Shown one piece after another: positions 1-10,225 of a stretch of DNA of 64,000 nt. Under the pieces are notes generated by a model. The model ran no database searches, had not been told where the DNA came from, and worked only from the letters and a program-made list of their open reading frames with translations. Made by a program: the position numbers and the translations under genes. Position 1 is the first letter of the stretch. Each line of letters begins with the position of its first letter. The stretch covers positions 1 through 64,000 of the forward strand of contig CAVOXA010000014.1 in the NCBI GenBank assembly GCA_963700285.1, written 5' to 3'. The DNA comes from an uncultured Chloroflexia bacterium. Lineage in GTDB: Bacteria > Chloroflexota > Anaerolineae > JAAYZQ01.

Positions 1-54
1 GGGGCTCAGCTGGATGCTACGCGCATTATGGGAGGCCAGTCCGATGGGAGAGCC

Positions 55-1113
55 TCACTTCCAGGTCTGGCGAAAGATGCGCACCCAGTTCTGGTGTGTG
101 ATCTTGGCCAGGTCGGCTTCTCCATAGCCTTGGGCCCGCAGTGCGGCCATGAGTTTCGGCAGTCCGGAAACGTCCCCGAGCTCCCGGGGCATGGTGGCAC
201 CATCAAAGTCGGAACCCATCGCGACGTGCTCGACGCCAATGCGCCCGGCGATATAGTCGATGTGCCGGACAATATCCGCGATCGGCGTCTCCGGCTCCTC
301 CTGCCCATCAGCCCGCAGGAAACCGACGTGAAAGTTGACGCCGACCAGCCCTCCCGTCTCGCCGATGGCATCCAACTGTGCGTCGGTCAGGTTCCGGGTC
401 GAGGGGCAGAGCACATGCGCGCCAGAGTGGGTGGCAACCAGGGGGGCCTCGGAGAGCCGGACCACGTCCCAGAAGCCTTTCTCATTCAGGTGAGAGATGT
501 CGACCAGGATGCCCAGCTCGTTGCAGGCACGGACGAGGTCCTTCCCCGCTGAAGTCAGTCCCGGTCCAGTATCGGGTGAGCGTGGGAAGTCAAAGGGAAC
601 GCCATAACCAAAGGCGTTGGGCCGGCTCCACACAATCCCCACGGAGCGAAGCCCAGCCTGGTAAAAGACCAGGAGGGCATCCAGGCGGGGGTCGATCGCC
701 TCCGCTCCCTCAAAGTGCATGACGGCGGCGAGCACGCCATTCTCCAGGCAGGTTGAGAGTTGATCGGCGGTGCGCACGATCTCTACCTGGCCGTCGGATT
801 CGGTCTCCAGGCGGAAGAGTCTGGCCATCCCAGAGATGGTGGTCTGCTGGGCGTAGCCCAGTGACGGGGTCTGACTGGTCAATGCCTCAATCGTGACCGG
901 TTCGCCGTCCCCCTGGTGTTCACTCTCGGCAAAGATGGCAAACAGGCCCCCAGCAAAGTTGCCTTCGCGGGCGCGCGGTAGATCGATGTGTCCTTGTTCA
1001 CTCCGTTCGAAGAAGGATCGGGCCTCGACGCCGTCGCCGCCATCAAGGGTAAGAAGTGTGTCATTGTGCCCATCAAAGATAGGAAAATCTGAACCAATGG
1101 TCATCGCAGGCAT
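55..1113 (-). CDS. Membrane dipeptidase family (peptidase M19) metallohydrolase
   Basis: Motifs DGHND, GHIDLPR, HFEGAE, DISHL, ATHSG, RNLTDAQL, GSDFDG. Start probably 1113 or 1104, after AAGGAG. Confidence 0.9.
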   Translation of the reverse strand: MPAMTIGSDFPIFDGHNDTLLTLDGGDGVEARSFFERSEQGHIDLPRAREGNFAGGLFAIFAESEHQGDGEPVTIEALTSQTPSLGYAQQTTISGMARLFRLETESDGQVEIVRTADQLSTCLENGVLAAVMHFEGAEAIDPRLDALLVFYQAGLRSVGIVWSRPNAFGYGVPFDFPRSPDTGPGLTSAGKDLVRACNELGILVDISHLNEKGFWDVVRLSEAPLVATHSGAHVLCPSTRNLTDAQLDAIGETGGLVGVNFHVGFLRADGQEEPETPIADIVRHIDYIAGRIGVEHVAMGSDFDGATMPRELGDVSGLPKLMAALRAQGYGEADLAKITHQNWVRIFRQTWK

Positions 1114-1218
1114 CTCTCCTTCGGTGAAGCGGAACTGGTTATGCCGGTATTCTATCACAGCCTCGTAGGGTGTTCAAAACCAGCCAGGTTCCGACTGTTC
1201 GGCCCTCACGCCGATGGC

Positions 1219-2457
1219 TCAACTCCCCGATGGTCCGTTGCCTTCTACGATCTGCCCCTCGCGGAGGACAAAGAAGACCTGGTCCATCAGGCTGATATCG
1301 TCCAATGGGTTGCCAGGCAGAGCAATGATGTCGGCCAGCTTGCCCTCTTCAATAGCGCCGATCTCTGTCCAGCCCATAGCCTCCGCGGCCCATGAGGTGG
1401 CCGCCTGCAATGCCTGCATGGGCGTGCAGCCATATTCGACCAGCCAGCGGATCTCGTCGGGCATGGCATCAAAGCGCACGGCATTGCTCCAGCTATCGGT
1501 GCCCGCGATGATCCTCAGACCCGCCTCCAGCGCATTGGCCAGCGATTTGGCCTTGCGTTCCAAGTACTCGGCCGTTTCGACATAGTCCTTTTCCGCCCGG
1601 CGGGCGATCTGGGGATCGGTGTGGCTGCGACGTCCATCGCACCACTTCTGGTACGCGATGGTCACATTGATCGTAGGCGACCAGGCGATGCCCTTCTCCA
1701 CGGCCAGCTCAATCTCTTGGGGAGTAGGCGTACCGTGTTCAAAGGTATCTACGCCGGCATCGATGGCCATGCGCTGGGCCGGCCGCCGGCCGGTGTGGCA
1801 GGCCACCTTTTTGCCCAGGCGATGCGCCTCGTCAACGGCGGCGTTGAGTTCTTTTTGGGTCATGTCCTCGCCGTTGTTGGCGATCTTGATAAAGTCGGCG
1901 CCGGCCCGGATCTCCTGGCGTACCGCCCGGCGAAAGCCTGTAGGCCCATCGGCCTGGTTGGAAAAGTTGGGCAGAAAGTGGCAGTGTCCCGCGGTGGGCG
2001 TCACCAGGCGGCCGGCGATATAGAGCTTGGGCCCGGGAACCTGGCCTTTGCGAATGGCGCGCCGGAGATCGGGCATGATCCCGCCCACGGCGCCCGTGTC
2101 CCGGGCCGTCGTGACCCCCGACATCAGCGCCAGGCGCAGGTTGGCCGCGGCAAACAGGGCGATGGACACCGGGGAGTAGACCAGCGACTGTTCAGGATCG
2201 TAGGTATAGGCGGCCGAGTCCGGCTCGTCCCAGTAGTAGGTTGGATGGATGTGCATGTCGATCATGCCCGGCAGCAGACAGGCATCGCGCAGATCGAGAC
2301 AGCGGGCCGCGGGATAGTCGGGCGCCTCCCCTTCGGGTCCGGCGTAGACGATCTTGTCGCCGGCGATGGCCACCATCGCTGGAGAGACTGGGTTGCCTCC
2401 CGAACCATCAATGAGCATCTTGGCGCGTATGACGAGGTTTGCGTTGTTGTCAGCCAT
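1219..2457 (-). CDS. Metal-dependent amidohydrolase (Xaa-Pro dipeptidase/prolidase-like)
   Basis: LLPGMIDMHIH, GVTTARDTG, GADFIK, GVDTFEHG, AGTD, GKLADIIAL. Confidence 0.85.
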   Translation of the reverse strand: MADNNANLVIRAKMLIDGSGGNPVSPAMVAIAGDKIVYAGPEGEAPDYPAARCLDLRDACLLPGMIDMHIHPTYYWDEPDSAAYTYDPEQSLVYSPVSIALFAAANLRLALMSGVTTARDTGAVGGIMPDLRRAIRKGQVPGPKLYIAGRLVTPTAGHCHFLPNFSNQADGPTGFRRAVRQEIRAGADFIKIANNGEDMTQKELNAAVDEAHRLGKKVACHTGRRPAQRMAIDAGVDTFEHGTPTPQEIELAVEKGIAWSPTINVTIAYQKWCDGRRSHTDPQIARRAEKDYVETAEYLERKAKSLANALEAGLRIIAGTDSWSNAVRFDAMPDEIRWLVEYGCTPMQALQAATSWAAEAMGWTEIGAIEEGKLADIIALPGNPLDDISLMDQVFFVLREGQIVEGNGPSGS

Positions 2458-2483
2458 GAGTTTCGACCTCTCTGGATTCTATC

Positions 2484-3992
2484 TCAATCTTGGCTCAAAG
2501 GAGCGCCGGCTTGGGCCGCGATGGCGCGCGCAGCGGCCAGTGCGTCCTCAGGCACCGGCGCTGGCCTGTGGTTGGCGATGAGTTCTTGGGCGAGCTGGCG
2601 GGCATTCTGGGCCATGGTAGGCCGGCCCGCGTCAGCCCAGGCATCGTAGGCGCGGCGGTCGAACAGGCGTGGATACCACACCTGGCGAAAGTGGCGCGCC
2701 GTGTGCGCATGGCCCAGATAGTCACCGCCAGGCCCGACCTCGTGGATCGCGTCGAGGGCCATCTCTTCCGGGCTGAGATCGATGCCGCGCATAAGGCGCC
2801 GTACAAAGCTGATGATTTCGTCGCCGGCCGCGATCATTTCGTAGGAGCAGGTCAACCCCGACTCGATATAGCCCACATCGTGGACAAGGTTGGCACCGCT
2901 GAGCGCGGTCCACAGGATCCACAGCGCGCTCTCGATACCGGCCTGCAGGTCGGCCCCCTTCGAGTCCGAGCAGCCGGAAAAGCCCCACACCGGTACCCGG
3001 TAGTGGTAGTGGGCCAGCTCGGCCATGCCCATGCAGTTGAGCATGAACTCAGGCGCCGAGTAGGTGGCCACCATGGTCTGCATGTCAATGGGGCCGCTGC
3101 CGCAGCCCCACACAAAGGGCGCGCCGGGCCGGCGCAACTGGGTGATCACCAGGCCGCTCAGAACCTCAGCATTGGTCGTGACCAAGGCCCCGGCTGGTGT
3201 GACGGGCGCCGATGCCCCATCGATGGGTCCCGGGGCATAGACAAAGGGCAGCCCGTGGTCGGCCATCATCAGCACCTTGCGCAGCACAACCTTCGAGTGG
3301 CGCAGGGGCGACGTGGGCTCCAGGTAGGCCAGCAGGAAGGGTTTGAGGCGCAGTTCCTCGGCGCCGCCGGCCACAGCCTCGGCCATGGCAATGATGTCAG
3401 CCAGGCCGTCTTCGTCCCAGGCGGTGAAAACGATGGGTTTCACCGTGTTCTCCGTCATGGTCAGAAAGGAATAGCGGTCCGAGGTCTCGATGGCCGCGTC
3501 CGTTGGCAGCGCCATCGACATCACAAAGTCGAGGTTTGGCAGGGCGTCTACCAGCCGGGCCACGTTTGCCACATCGGCCAGCAACGACGGGCGGCGCTCG
3601 CCGCTTTCCAGGTCCCGGGTGTAGGGCAGGTCCGAGCCGGTGCCAAAGTAGGTGCGATGGCCCTCCAGGTACATGCGCGCCGTGCCTGTCCGCTCGCAGA
3701 GCGTAACACCAGACGGCACAGACTGAAGCGCGCTTTCCACCACGTCCCTGGGAATGCGCACCAGGCTGCCGTCGCTCACCGTGCAGCCCGCGGCCCGCAG
3801 CAACTCGAGGCACTCTTCCTCGTAGACGTGCACACCGGTACGCCGTAGGACCTCCAGTGTGGCCAGGTGTATGGCTTCCAGTTCGGCATCAGAGAACAAA
3901 CGGAAGCCAGTTGGATGGGATCGGATCCCATCGAAAGCTGGATCGCTTGGTGCAGATTGTTTTCTTGATCTCTTCATCGTATTCTCGCTCAA
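2484..3992 (-). CDS. mttB: Trimethylamine methyltransferase (MttB) superfamily, non-pyrrolysine
   Basis: IHLATLEVL..TGV, TSPL, APVTPAG, AEVLSG, SDSK..D.QAG.E, GANLVH, VGPGGDYL..HT. No in-frame TAG. Confidence 0.88.
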   Translation of the reverse strand: MSENTMKRSRKQSAPSDPAFDGIRSHPTGFRLFSDAELEAIHLATLEVLRRTGVHVYEEECLELLRAAGCTVSDGSLVRIPRDVVESALQSVPSGVTLCERTGTARMYLEGHRTYFGTGSDLPYTRDLESGERRPSLLADVANVARLVDALPNLDFVMSMALPTDAAIETSDRYSFLTMTENTVKPIVFTAWDEDGLADIIAMAEAVAGGAEELRLKPFLLAYLEPTSPLRHSKVVLRKVLMMADHGLPFVYAPGPIDGASAPVTPAGALVTTNAEVLSGLVITQLRRPGAPFVWGCGSGPIDMQTMVATYSAPEFMLNCMGMAELAHYHYRVPVWGFSGCSDSKGADLQAGIESALWILWTALSGANLVHDVGYIESGLTCSYEMIAAGDEIISFVRRLMRGIDLSPEEMALDAIHEVGPGGDYLGHAHTARHFRQVWYPRLFDRRAYDAWADAGRPTMAQNARQLAQELIANHRPAPVPEDALAAARAIAAQAGAPLSQD

Positions 3993-4075
3993 TCTCCTTC
4001 GTGTTTATACTCTGGCCGGCCCAAGAATCGCTTGCGTCCCTCAGCAGTACTCACCCTGGCGTCCTTTTAGGCCCT

Positions 4076-6166
4076 TCAGTCTATGCTCCCTGCCAGCAGC
4101 ACGCCCTGGACCTCCCGCCAGTGATGACAAGCAACCAGGTGGCCCGGCTCGATCTCTACTAGTTCGGGCATGGCCTGGTCGCAGCCTTCTCGTCGCCCGG
4201 AGCAGCGGGACGCAAAACAGCAGCCCGGCGGCGGGTTTTTGGGGCTGGGGATTTCACCCTTGAGCAGGAGGCGTCCTCCCTCCTTCCGCTGCCTTGGGTC
4301 GGGCTCAGAAACCGCCGACAGCAGGGCCAGTGTATAGGGGTGCGCAGGCGCTTCAAGGACGCCTTCGGTGGGCCCCAGTTCGACCAAGCGGCCGAGATAC
4401 ATGACAGCTATCCTATCGGCGAGGTAGCCAACCAGGTTCAGGTTATGGGTAATGACCATGTACGTCAATCCCAGGCGATCTGCCAGGTCTTTGAGCAGGT
4501 TCAGGATGCTGGCCGCCACCGACACATCCAGCCCAGAGGTAGGTTCGTCGGCGATGAGAAACTCGGGCTGCAGCGAAATGGCCCGGGCGATCCCAACCCG
4601 GCGCGCCTGGCCGCCCGACATCTCGTGGGCGTATTTGTTGGCCAGCTCCTCCGACAGGCCGACCATGCTCAGCAACTGGCCGACCGTATAGCGCTGGTCC
4701 TTGGGGACACGGTGGATCCGGTAGGCCTCGGTCAGCAGGTAGGAGACAGTCAAGCGCGGGCTCAGCCCTGAAAAGGGGTCCTGAAAGATCATCTGGATGC
4801 GCGACCGCAACCGGCGCAGTTCGGCGCGCGGGATGGTAGAGATGTCCCGGCCGTCGTAGACGATCTGTCCCGACGTGGCAGGCTGCAGCCCGAGGATCGT
4901 GCGACCCAACGTTGTCTTGCCGCACCCCGATTCACCGACGAGGCCCAAGGTCTCGCCCCGCTCAATCTCCAGGCTGACGTCGTTTACGGCGCGCACCGCC
5001 CCGATGGGCCGGCGGAGTGCCCGATCGACAAGGTTGCGATCCTCGACAAAAAGGGTGGACAGGTTCCGGACTTGCAGCAAAGCCCCGTGGTGCTCTTCTT
5101 CTGGCCCCTGCGTGGCCCCAGGCTTGGCAGTTTCCTGGCCGTCGGGGAGCGCCTTGCCGGGCGCCAGCGGGATCAGGGAGGCGTCATAGCCTGATCCTGG
5201 TGAAACTTTGTAACAGCGGACCCCTCGCCCATCCACTCCCTCAAATTCCGGCTCCAGTTCCTGGCAGATCGGCTGTACGAAGGGACAGCGGTCAGCGAAC
5301 TTGCAGCCCCGGGGCAAGCTCATGAGGCTGGGCACCACGCCGGCGATCGAGGCCAGGCGCTGGCCTCGGGTGTGGCGCGAGGGCACCGAGGCCAGGAGGG
5401 CCTGGGTGTAGGGGTGCTGCGGCTCGTCAAAGATCGAGAACACATCGCCCTGTTCCACGATCCGCCCGGCGTACATGACCGCCACCCAGTCGCAGAGCTG
5501 GGCAACGACGCCCAGATCGTGGGAAATAAATAGCAGCGACGTCTGGTACTGCCGGCGCAGCATCTGGATCAGCTCGATGATCTGGGCCTCCATGGTGACG
5601 TCCAGCGAGGAGGTAGGCTCGTCGGCGATGAGCAGACTTGGCTTGGACATGAGGGCCATGGCGATCATGATCCGCTGGCGCATACCGCCCGAGAATTCGT
5701 GGGGAAATTGATCGACACGCTCCTGGGCATCGGGTATGCCCACTTGCTCGAGCATGGCCACGATCTGCTGGCGCTGTTCCTTCTGGCCCCCTTCCAGTTG
5801 CTCGGGGTGGGCCCTGCGAATGTCGTGCATCTGGTTGCCAACCGAAAAGACCGGGTTGAGGCTGGTCGCCGGGTCCTGAAAGATCATGGCCATCTCGGTG
5901 CCCCGCAGCTTGCGAAAGGCGGCGTCGTCAAGCGAACGCAGGTCCCGCCCGCGAAAATCCATGGCGCCGGCCGTGATCTCGCCGTTGGGCGGCAGCAGGT
6001 CCAGGAGCGCCGAGGCGACGGTGGACTTGCCGCAGCCCGACTCGCCGACGAGGGCCAGCATCTCACCCGGCCGGACGTCAAAGCTCACGTCATGGAGCGC
6101 CTTGAGCGGGCCCACGTGGGTGTGGTAGACGACCTCCAGGCCCCGGATACGCAAAATGGGATCCAT
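4076..6166 (-). CDS. Peptide/nickel ABC transporter, fused dual ATP-binding subunit (DppD/F-like)
   Basis: Two GESGCGK Walker A motifs, SGG signatures, IADEPT Walker B motifs and HPYT/Cys-rich tails. ATG at 6166 overlaps the permease stop. Confidence 0.92.
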   Translation of the reverse strand: MDPILRIRGLEVVYHTHVGPLKALHDVSFDVRPGEMLALVGESGCGKSTVASALLDLLPPNGEITAGAMDFRGRDLRSLDDAAFRKLRGTEMAMIFQDPATSLNPVFSVGNQMHDIRRAHPEQLEGGQKEQRQQIVAMLEQVGIPDAQERVDQFPHEFSGGMRQRIMIAMALMSKPSLLIADEPTSSLDVTMEAQIIELIQMLRRQYQTSLLFISHDLGVVAQLCDWVAVMYAGRIVEQGDVFSIFDEPQHPYTQALLASVPSRHTRGQRLASIAGVVPSLMSLPRGCKFADRCPFVQPICQELEPEFEGVDGRGVRCYKVSPGSGYDASLIPLAPGKALPDGQETAKPGATQGPEEEHHGALLQVRNLSTLFVEDRNLVDRALRRPIGAVRAVNDVSLEIERGETLGLVGESGCGKTTLGRTILGLQPATSGQIVYDGRDISTIPRAELRRLRSRIQMIFQDPFSGLSPRLTVSYLLTEAYRIHRVPKDQRYTVGQLLSMVGLSEELANKYAHEMSGGQARRVGIARAISLQPEFLIADEPTSGLDVSVAASILNLLKDLADRLGLTYMVITHNLNLVGYLADRIAVMYLGRLVELGPTEGVLEAPAHPYTLALLSAVSEPDPRQRKEGGRLLLKGEIPSPKNPPPGCCFASRCSGRREGCDQAMPELVEIEPGHLVACHHWREVQGVLLAGSID

Positions 6167-7068
6167 CAGGCCCGCCTGGAACCGGATACCCGGGGGTCGA
6201 GGATATCGCGCAGCGCCTCGCCAAAGAGGGTAAAGCCCAGGGTGGTGATCATGAGTGCCAGCGCTCCGCCGATGACGGGCCACGGCGTGGTGCGGATCTT
6301 TTGAAATCCATCGGAGAGGATGCCACCCCAGGAGGTGGCCGGCGGCCGGACCCCCAGCCCCAGGAAGGACAGGCCCGCTTCGGTGGCGATGGCTGCCGGC
6401 AGGTCCATGGCGAGCAGGATCAAAAGCGGCGCCAGCAAGTTGGGCACAATGTGGACCAGTGAAATGCGTACGTGGCTGGCTCCAAAGGAGCGCTCTACTT
6501 CAACAAAGGGTTCCTCTTTGACCGAAAGCACCTGGGCGCGTACGATGCGGGCATACCCGGGCGTATATGCGATGGCAATGACCAGGATGACATTGTTGAC
6601 CGACGGGTCGAGAAGGGCCATCAGGGCCAGGGCCAGCAGCAGCGCTGGAAAAGCCTGCATGGCGTCCATGAACACCAGGGTTACATTGTCCACCCAGCCG
6701 CCGGCATAACCAGCGACGAGGCCGATGATCAGCCCGGCCGTCAGTGCGGCCAGGACGGAGGGGATCGCGGTACCCAGCGCCACGCGCGTTCCGATAATCA
6801 AGCGCGACAAGATGTCGCGGCCCAGGTGGTCGGTGCCCAGCCAGTAGTCGGCGGAGGGAGCCTCCAGGCGGCGGCTGATATTCTGCTCGGTATGGGGATA
6901 GGGAGCGATGTACGGGCCAAAGAGAAAGAGCACGATCAGGGTCCCGATGACCAGCATGCCGAATACGGCCGACGGCCGGCGCAGCAGTTGGCGAAAGACC
7001 GATGGCCGTGCGGCAAAGGATTGCTCGGCAACGGCGGTAGGCGCCGTGACCTTGGCCTCTGTACTCAT
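6166..7068 (-). CDS. Peptide ABC transporter permease (DppC/OppC-like)
   Basis: LGTDHLGRD, ARIVRAQVL, EAGLSFLGLG, SWG; hydrophobic helices. Confidence 0.92.
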   Translation of the reverse strand: MSTEAKVTAPTAVAEQSFAARPSVFRQLLRRPSAVFGMLVIGTLIVLFLFGPYIAPYPHTEQNISRRLEAPSADYWLGTDHLGRDILSRLIIGTRVALGTAIPSVLAALTAGLIIGLVAGYAGGWVDNVTLVFMDAMQAFPALLLALALMALLDPSVNNVILVIAIAYTPGYARIVRAQVLSVKEEPFVEVERSFGASHVRISLVHIVPNLLAPLLILLAMDLPAAIATEAGLSFLGLGVRPPATSWGGILSDGFQKIRTTPWPVIGGALALMITTLGFTLFGEALRDILDPRVSGSRRA

Positions 7069-8018
7069 GTGCTCGACTCCCAAGTCCGGATGCGTGGATC
7101 GAGGTAGTGATAGGAGAGGTCAGCTACCAGGTTGGCCAGCACAAAGAGCAGGGCGGCTACCAGGATCGCGCCGCGGGCCGCAGGATAGTTTCGCTCAGAG
7201 ATGGCCTGGTAGACCAAGGAGCCGAGCCCCGGTCGCGTGAAAATCACCTCGACAAAGACGGCACCGCCCAGGAGGTTGCCCAGGCCGACGCCCAGCACGG
7301 CCACGGTGGGGATCAGGGCATTTTTGAGGGCGTACTTGTACGAGATGGTGCGCTCGCTGACTCCATAAGCATGGGCGGTGCGGATATAGTTTTGGTTCAT
7401 GACCTCCAACAGGCTGGCGCGCACCAGGCGAGCCAGATAGCCAACCCAGGTAATGGCCAGGGCTGTGGCCGGCAGGATCAGCCGCCTCAAATAGTCCACC
7501 GGGTCGGAGAACTCGCCAGCGCCGATGCTGGACACGGCGCGCAGACCCACGGCAAAGATCAGCAGCAACAGCAGGGCGCTGACATAGGTCGGCATGGTGA
7601 TCATGGACACCGACAGGATGCCCAGCGTACGGTCGATCCAGGAATTGGGCCGCGTGGCCGAGATGACGCCCAGGGGGATGCCGATCAGCACGGCCATCCC
7701 CAGGCTGACCAGAGCCAGGGCGATGGTGTGGGGGATGACGGCCGCGATCATGTCCCGGACCGGGCTTCGCGTCGCAAAGTCCGTGCCCAGGTCGCCGTGC
7801 AGCAGGCCGGCGACAAAATCCAAGATCTGCACCGGGATCGGGTCGTCGAGTCCCATCTCCTTCCGGATCCGGGCGCTCATTTCCTCCGAGGCCCGCGGAC
7901 CGAGCATCAGTTTGACCGGGTCCCCGGGAATGACGTGGGCCAGGGACGCCAGAAAGATGGTCGCCAGCAGCATCACCACCACGGCCATGCCCAGGCGCTT
8001 CAGAATGTAGTAGGCCAT
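7065..8018 (-). CDS. Peptide ABC transporter permease (DppB/OppB-like)
   Basis: IPGDP, GLDDP, GDLG, YIRTAHAYG, LKNALIP, VEVIFTRPGLG. Confidence 0.92.
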   Translation of the reverse strand: MAYYILKRLGMAVVVMLLATIFLASLAHVIPGDPVKLMLGPRASEEMSARIRKEMGLDDPIPVQILDFVAGLLHGDLGTDFATRSPVRDMIAAVIPHTIALALVSLGMAVLIGIPLGVISATRPNSWIDRTLGILSVSMITMPTYVSALLLLLIFAVGLRAVSSIGAGEFSDPVDYLRRLILPATALAITWVGYLARLVRASLLEVMNQNYIRTAHAYGVSERTISYKYALKNALIPTVAVLGVGLGNLLGGAVFVEVIFTRPGLGSLVYQAISERNYPAARGAILVAALLFVLANLVADLSYHYLDPRIRTWESST

Positions 8019-8175
8019 GCCTTTTCCCTTTCAGGGCCACTGTGTTTCGCCGTCATTGCAGGCACCACAAAGAACCGCAACGCCTGCCACGCGTCCTCAC
8101 GATGGTCATCGCAGCAGGAAGCCTGTCCTGGTGCCTCCAGGGATCTACGAAAGAAATCTCGGCCAGAACGAACGA

Positions 8176-8201
8176 GGCGGCGCGGCTGAAGCCGCGCCGC
8201 C
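8176..8201 (-). terminator. Intercistronic stem-loop after the substrate-binding protein gene
   Basis: Perfect 11-bp stem GGCGGCGCGGC-TGAA-GCCGCGCCGCC just past the stop; weak U-tract, so a partial terminator or mRNA stabiliser. Confidence 0.55.
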
Positions 8202-8217
8202 CCCTCACTCTTGTAGA

Positions 8218-9861
8218 CTATTTGGACTTGAATCGCCAGGGGATGAACTCCGCCGTGGCCATCATGACCGGATCGATGTCGGTCTTGGCAACGAAAAAGG
8301 CTGTAGGATAGGTGAGCCATACCGAGTGCGCGGCCTCGTCCATGAGCTTTTGCATCTGAACATAGATATCGGCACGCTGGGTCACGTCCATCTCGAGCAT
8401 GCCCTCTTCGTGGAGCCGGTCATATTCCTCGTCGCACCAATACATCCAGTTCCACTCTTTGACCTGCTCGCAGGTGAACCAGACGCTGACCCAGGCCGGA
8501 TCGGGGTTGGTGGAATAGGCCATCACCGCCATCTGCCGCACCTTGGCCCCCTCCTCGCCGTATCCCTCTTCCCAGAAGAGACCGCCCTCCTGGGGGATCA
8601 ACTCGACGTTGATGCCCACTTCGGCCAGATTGGCCTGCACGATCTCGGCGATGGTCGTCCCTTCCGCCGTATTCTCGTAGGTCAGCGTGACATCGTGGCT
8701 ATCCAGCCCGGCCTCGGCCAGGTAGGCCTTGGCCTGTTCAACGTCCCGCTCATAGCAGGGCGCGTCGTCCCAGGCCCCCAGCATGTCGGGCGAAATCATG
8801 GCGCAAGCTCGCGCGTATTTCCCGTCGTATGCGGCTTCGATGATCGAGTCCACGTCGATCCCGGCCCGGATGGCCCGGCGTACGTTGATGTCCTCCAGAT
8901 TGGGATGCTGGACGTTCATGGCGATCCAAGTGTAGTTGAGGGTGTCGACGGGGTAGACGTCAAAGTCGGGGTTGTCCTCAAAGCGCTGGACCGCGTCGGT
9001 GCCGATCTGGCCAAAGTCGAGTTCGCCGGATTCGAGGGCGATCTCGGCCGAGCTGTTCTCAGTAATGGGCAGGAAGTGGATCTCGTCCCACTCGCCCGGC
9101 TCGCCCCAATAGTCCTCAAAGCGCGTCAGGACCACTTTTTGATCGGGGACCCACTCGGCGAACTCGTAGGGACCGCTGCCGATGGGACTGGTCGCATAGC
9201 CATCGTGGCCCATCTCTTCCATGGCTGCCTCGCTGACGATCCAGCCGGCGGTGACGGGTAGGGTGCTCTTCCACAGTGGGGCAAAGGGCTCCGAGAGGAT
9301 GATGTCACCGGTATACTTGCCGGTGACCTCGACGTGGTCCAGGGCTGCCCAGTCGTCGCGGTAGGGCGGATCAAGCTCCGGGTCTAGGAAGCGCTCGTAG
9401 GAGTACTTGACGTCTTCGGCAGTCAGCTCACCGTAGCCCTTGTGGAACTGGACACCCTCGCGCAACTTGAAGGAGAGGGTCAGGCCGTCCTCAGAGATGG
9501 TGAAAGGCTCCGCCAGGAGCATGTCCTCCGTCTCGGTCAAAACGCCGGGATAGACGATCAGCCCTTGATAGATATTGTGCCCGATGATGCCATCCACGTT
9601 CTGGGGGATAAAGGCCGGGTCCAGGTCCATCATGTCTGAGGTGATGCGAAGCTTCAGGATTTTGGGTTCTTCGGGCGGAGGCGCTTCGGTAGGCGCGGGT
9701 GGCTCCGTAGGGGCGGGAGCATCGGTGGGCTGTACTTCGGCCGCCTGACTTGGGGCCTCCGTGGGCGCTGGGGCGGGTTCCGATCCGCCACAGGCCACCA
9801 ACACCATGCTGATCACGAGAACGAACACGATCATCCAACCAAGTTTCGGCAAGTGTTTCAC
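8218..9861 (-). CDS. ABC substrate-binding lipoprotein, family 5 (peptide-like)
   Basis: Lipobox LVAC, PTEAP-rich linker, LREGVQFH, TAEDVKYS, PIGSGPY, VRRAI. GTG start at 9861 after AGGAGG. Confidence 0.92.
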   Translation of the reverse strand: MKHLPKLGWMIVFVLVISMVLVACGGSEPAPAPTEAPSQAAEVQPTDAPAPTEPPAPTEAPPPEEPKILKLRITSDMMDLDPAFIPQNVDGIIGHNIYQGLIVYPGVLTETEDMLLAEPFTISEDGLTLSFKLREGVQFHKGYGELTAEDVKYSYERFLDPELDPPYRDDWAALDHVEVTGKYTGDIILSEPFAPLWKSTLPVTAGWIVSEAAMEEMGHDGYATSPIGSGPYEFAEWVPDQKVVLTRFEDYWGEPGEWDEIHFLPITENSSAEIALESGELDFGQIGTDAVQRFEDNPDFDVYPVDTLNYTWIAMNVQHPNLEDINVRRAIRAGIDVDSIIEAAYDGKYARACAMISPDMLGAWDDAPCYERDVEQAKAYLAEAGLDSHDVTLTYENTAEGTTIAEIVQANLAEVGINVELIPQEGGLFWEEGYGEEGAKVRQMAVMAYSTNPDPAWVSVWFTCEQVKEWNWMYWCDEEYDRLHEEGMLEMDVTQRADIYVQMQKLMDEAAHSVWLTYPTAFFVAKTDIDPVMMATAEFIPWRFKSK

Positions 9862-10171
9862 TGCTTTCCTCCTTTTTTGTAAGGACAATCAACGCCAAGG
9901 GTATTGTACTCGGCTTGCAGCAGTCCGTCTGATTGCATCACCTCCTCCCTCAAAATCAGCCGCCAGCTTGCGGCCTGGTTGTACCAGGCTTGATTCGCAT
10001 CACCGCGAAGGAAGCAGAATCAGTAGAGCGCAGTTTCGTGTATGGGTTGCCAAACTTCCTGGAAGCTGTGGTCAGACAAGGGTCTTGAATCCGGTGTATT
10101 CAGCGCACTGGGTCAGGATCGCCGCCAGTGGCAAGCTTTCGGGAAGTTGATTGCGCTGGTGTTGCAGCACG

Positions 10172-10200
10172 ATCTTAGCACAAGCAGACTCCCATGTCAA
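10172..10200 (-). promoter_or_regulatory. Sigma70-type promoter of the ABC/mttB operon
   Basis: Minus strand TTGACA-N17-TAAGAT, about 310 nt upstream of the binding-protein start. Confidence 0.6.
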
Positions 10201-10225
10201 CCCAGTGCGAAACGACTACATAGGT

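Noticed and set aside
2484-3992. Pyrrolysine read-through in mttB
   Set aside because: The ORF is continuous with no in-frame TAG, and no pyl genes are present.
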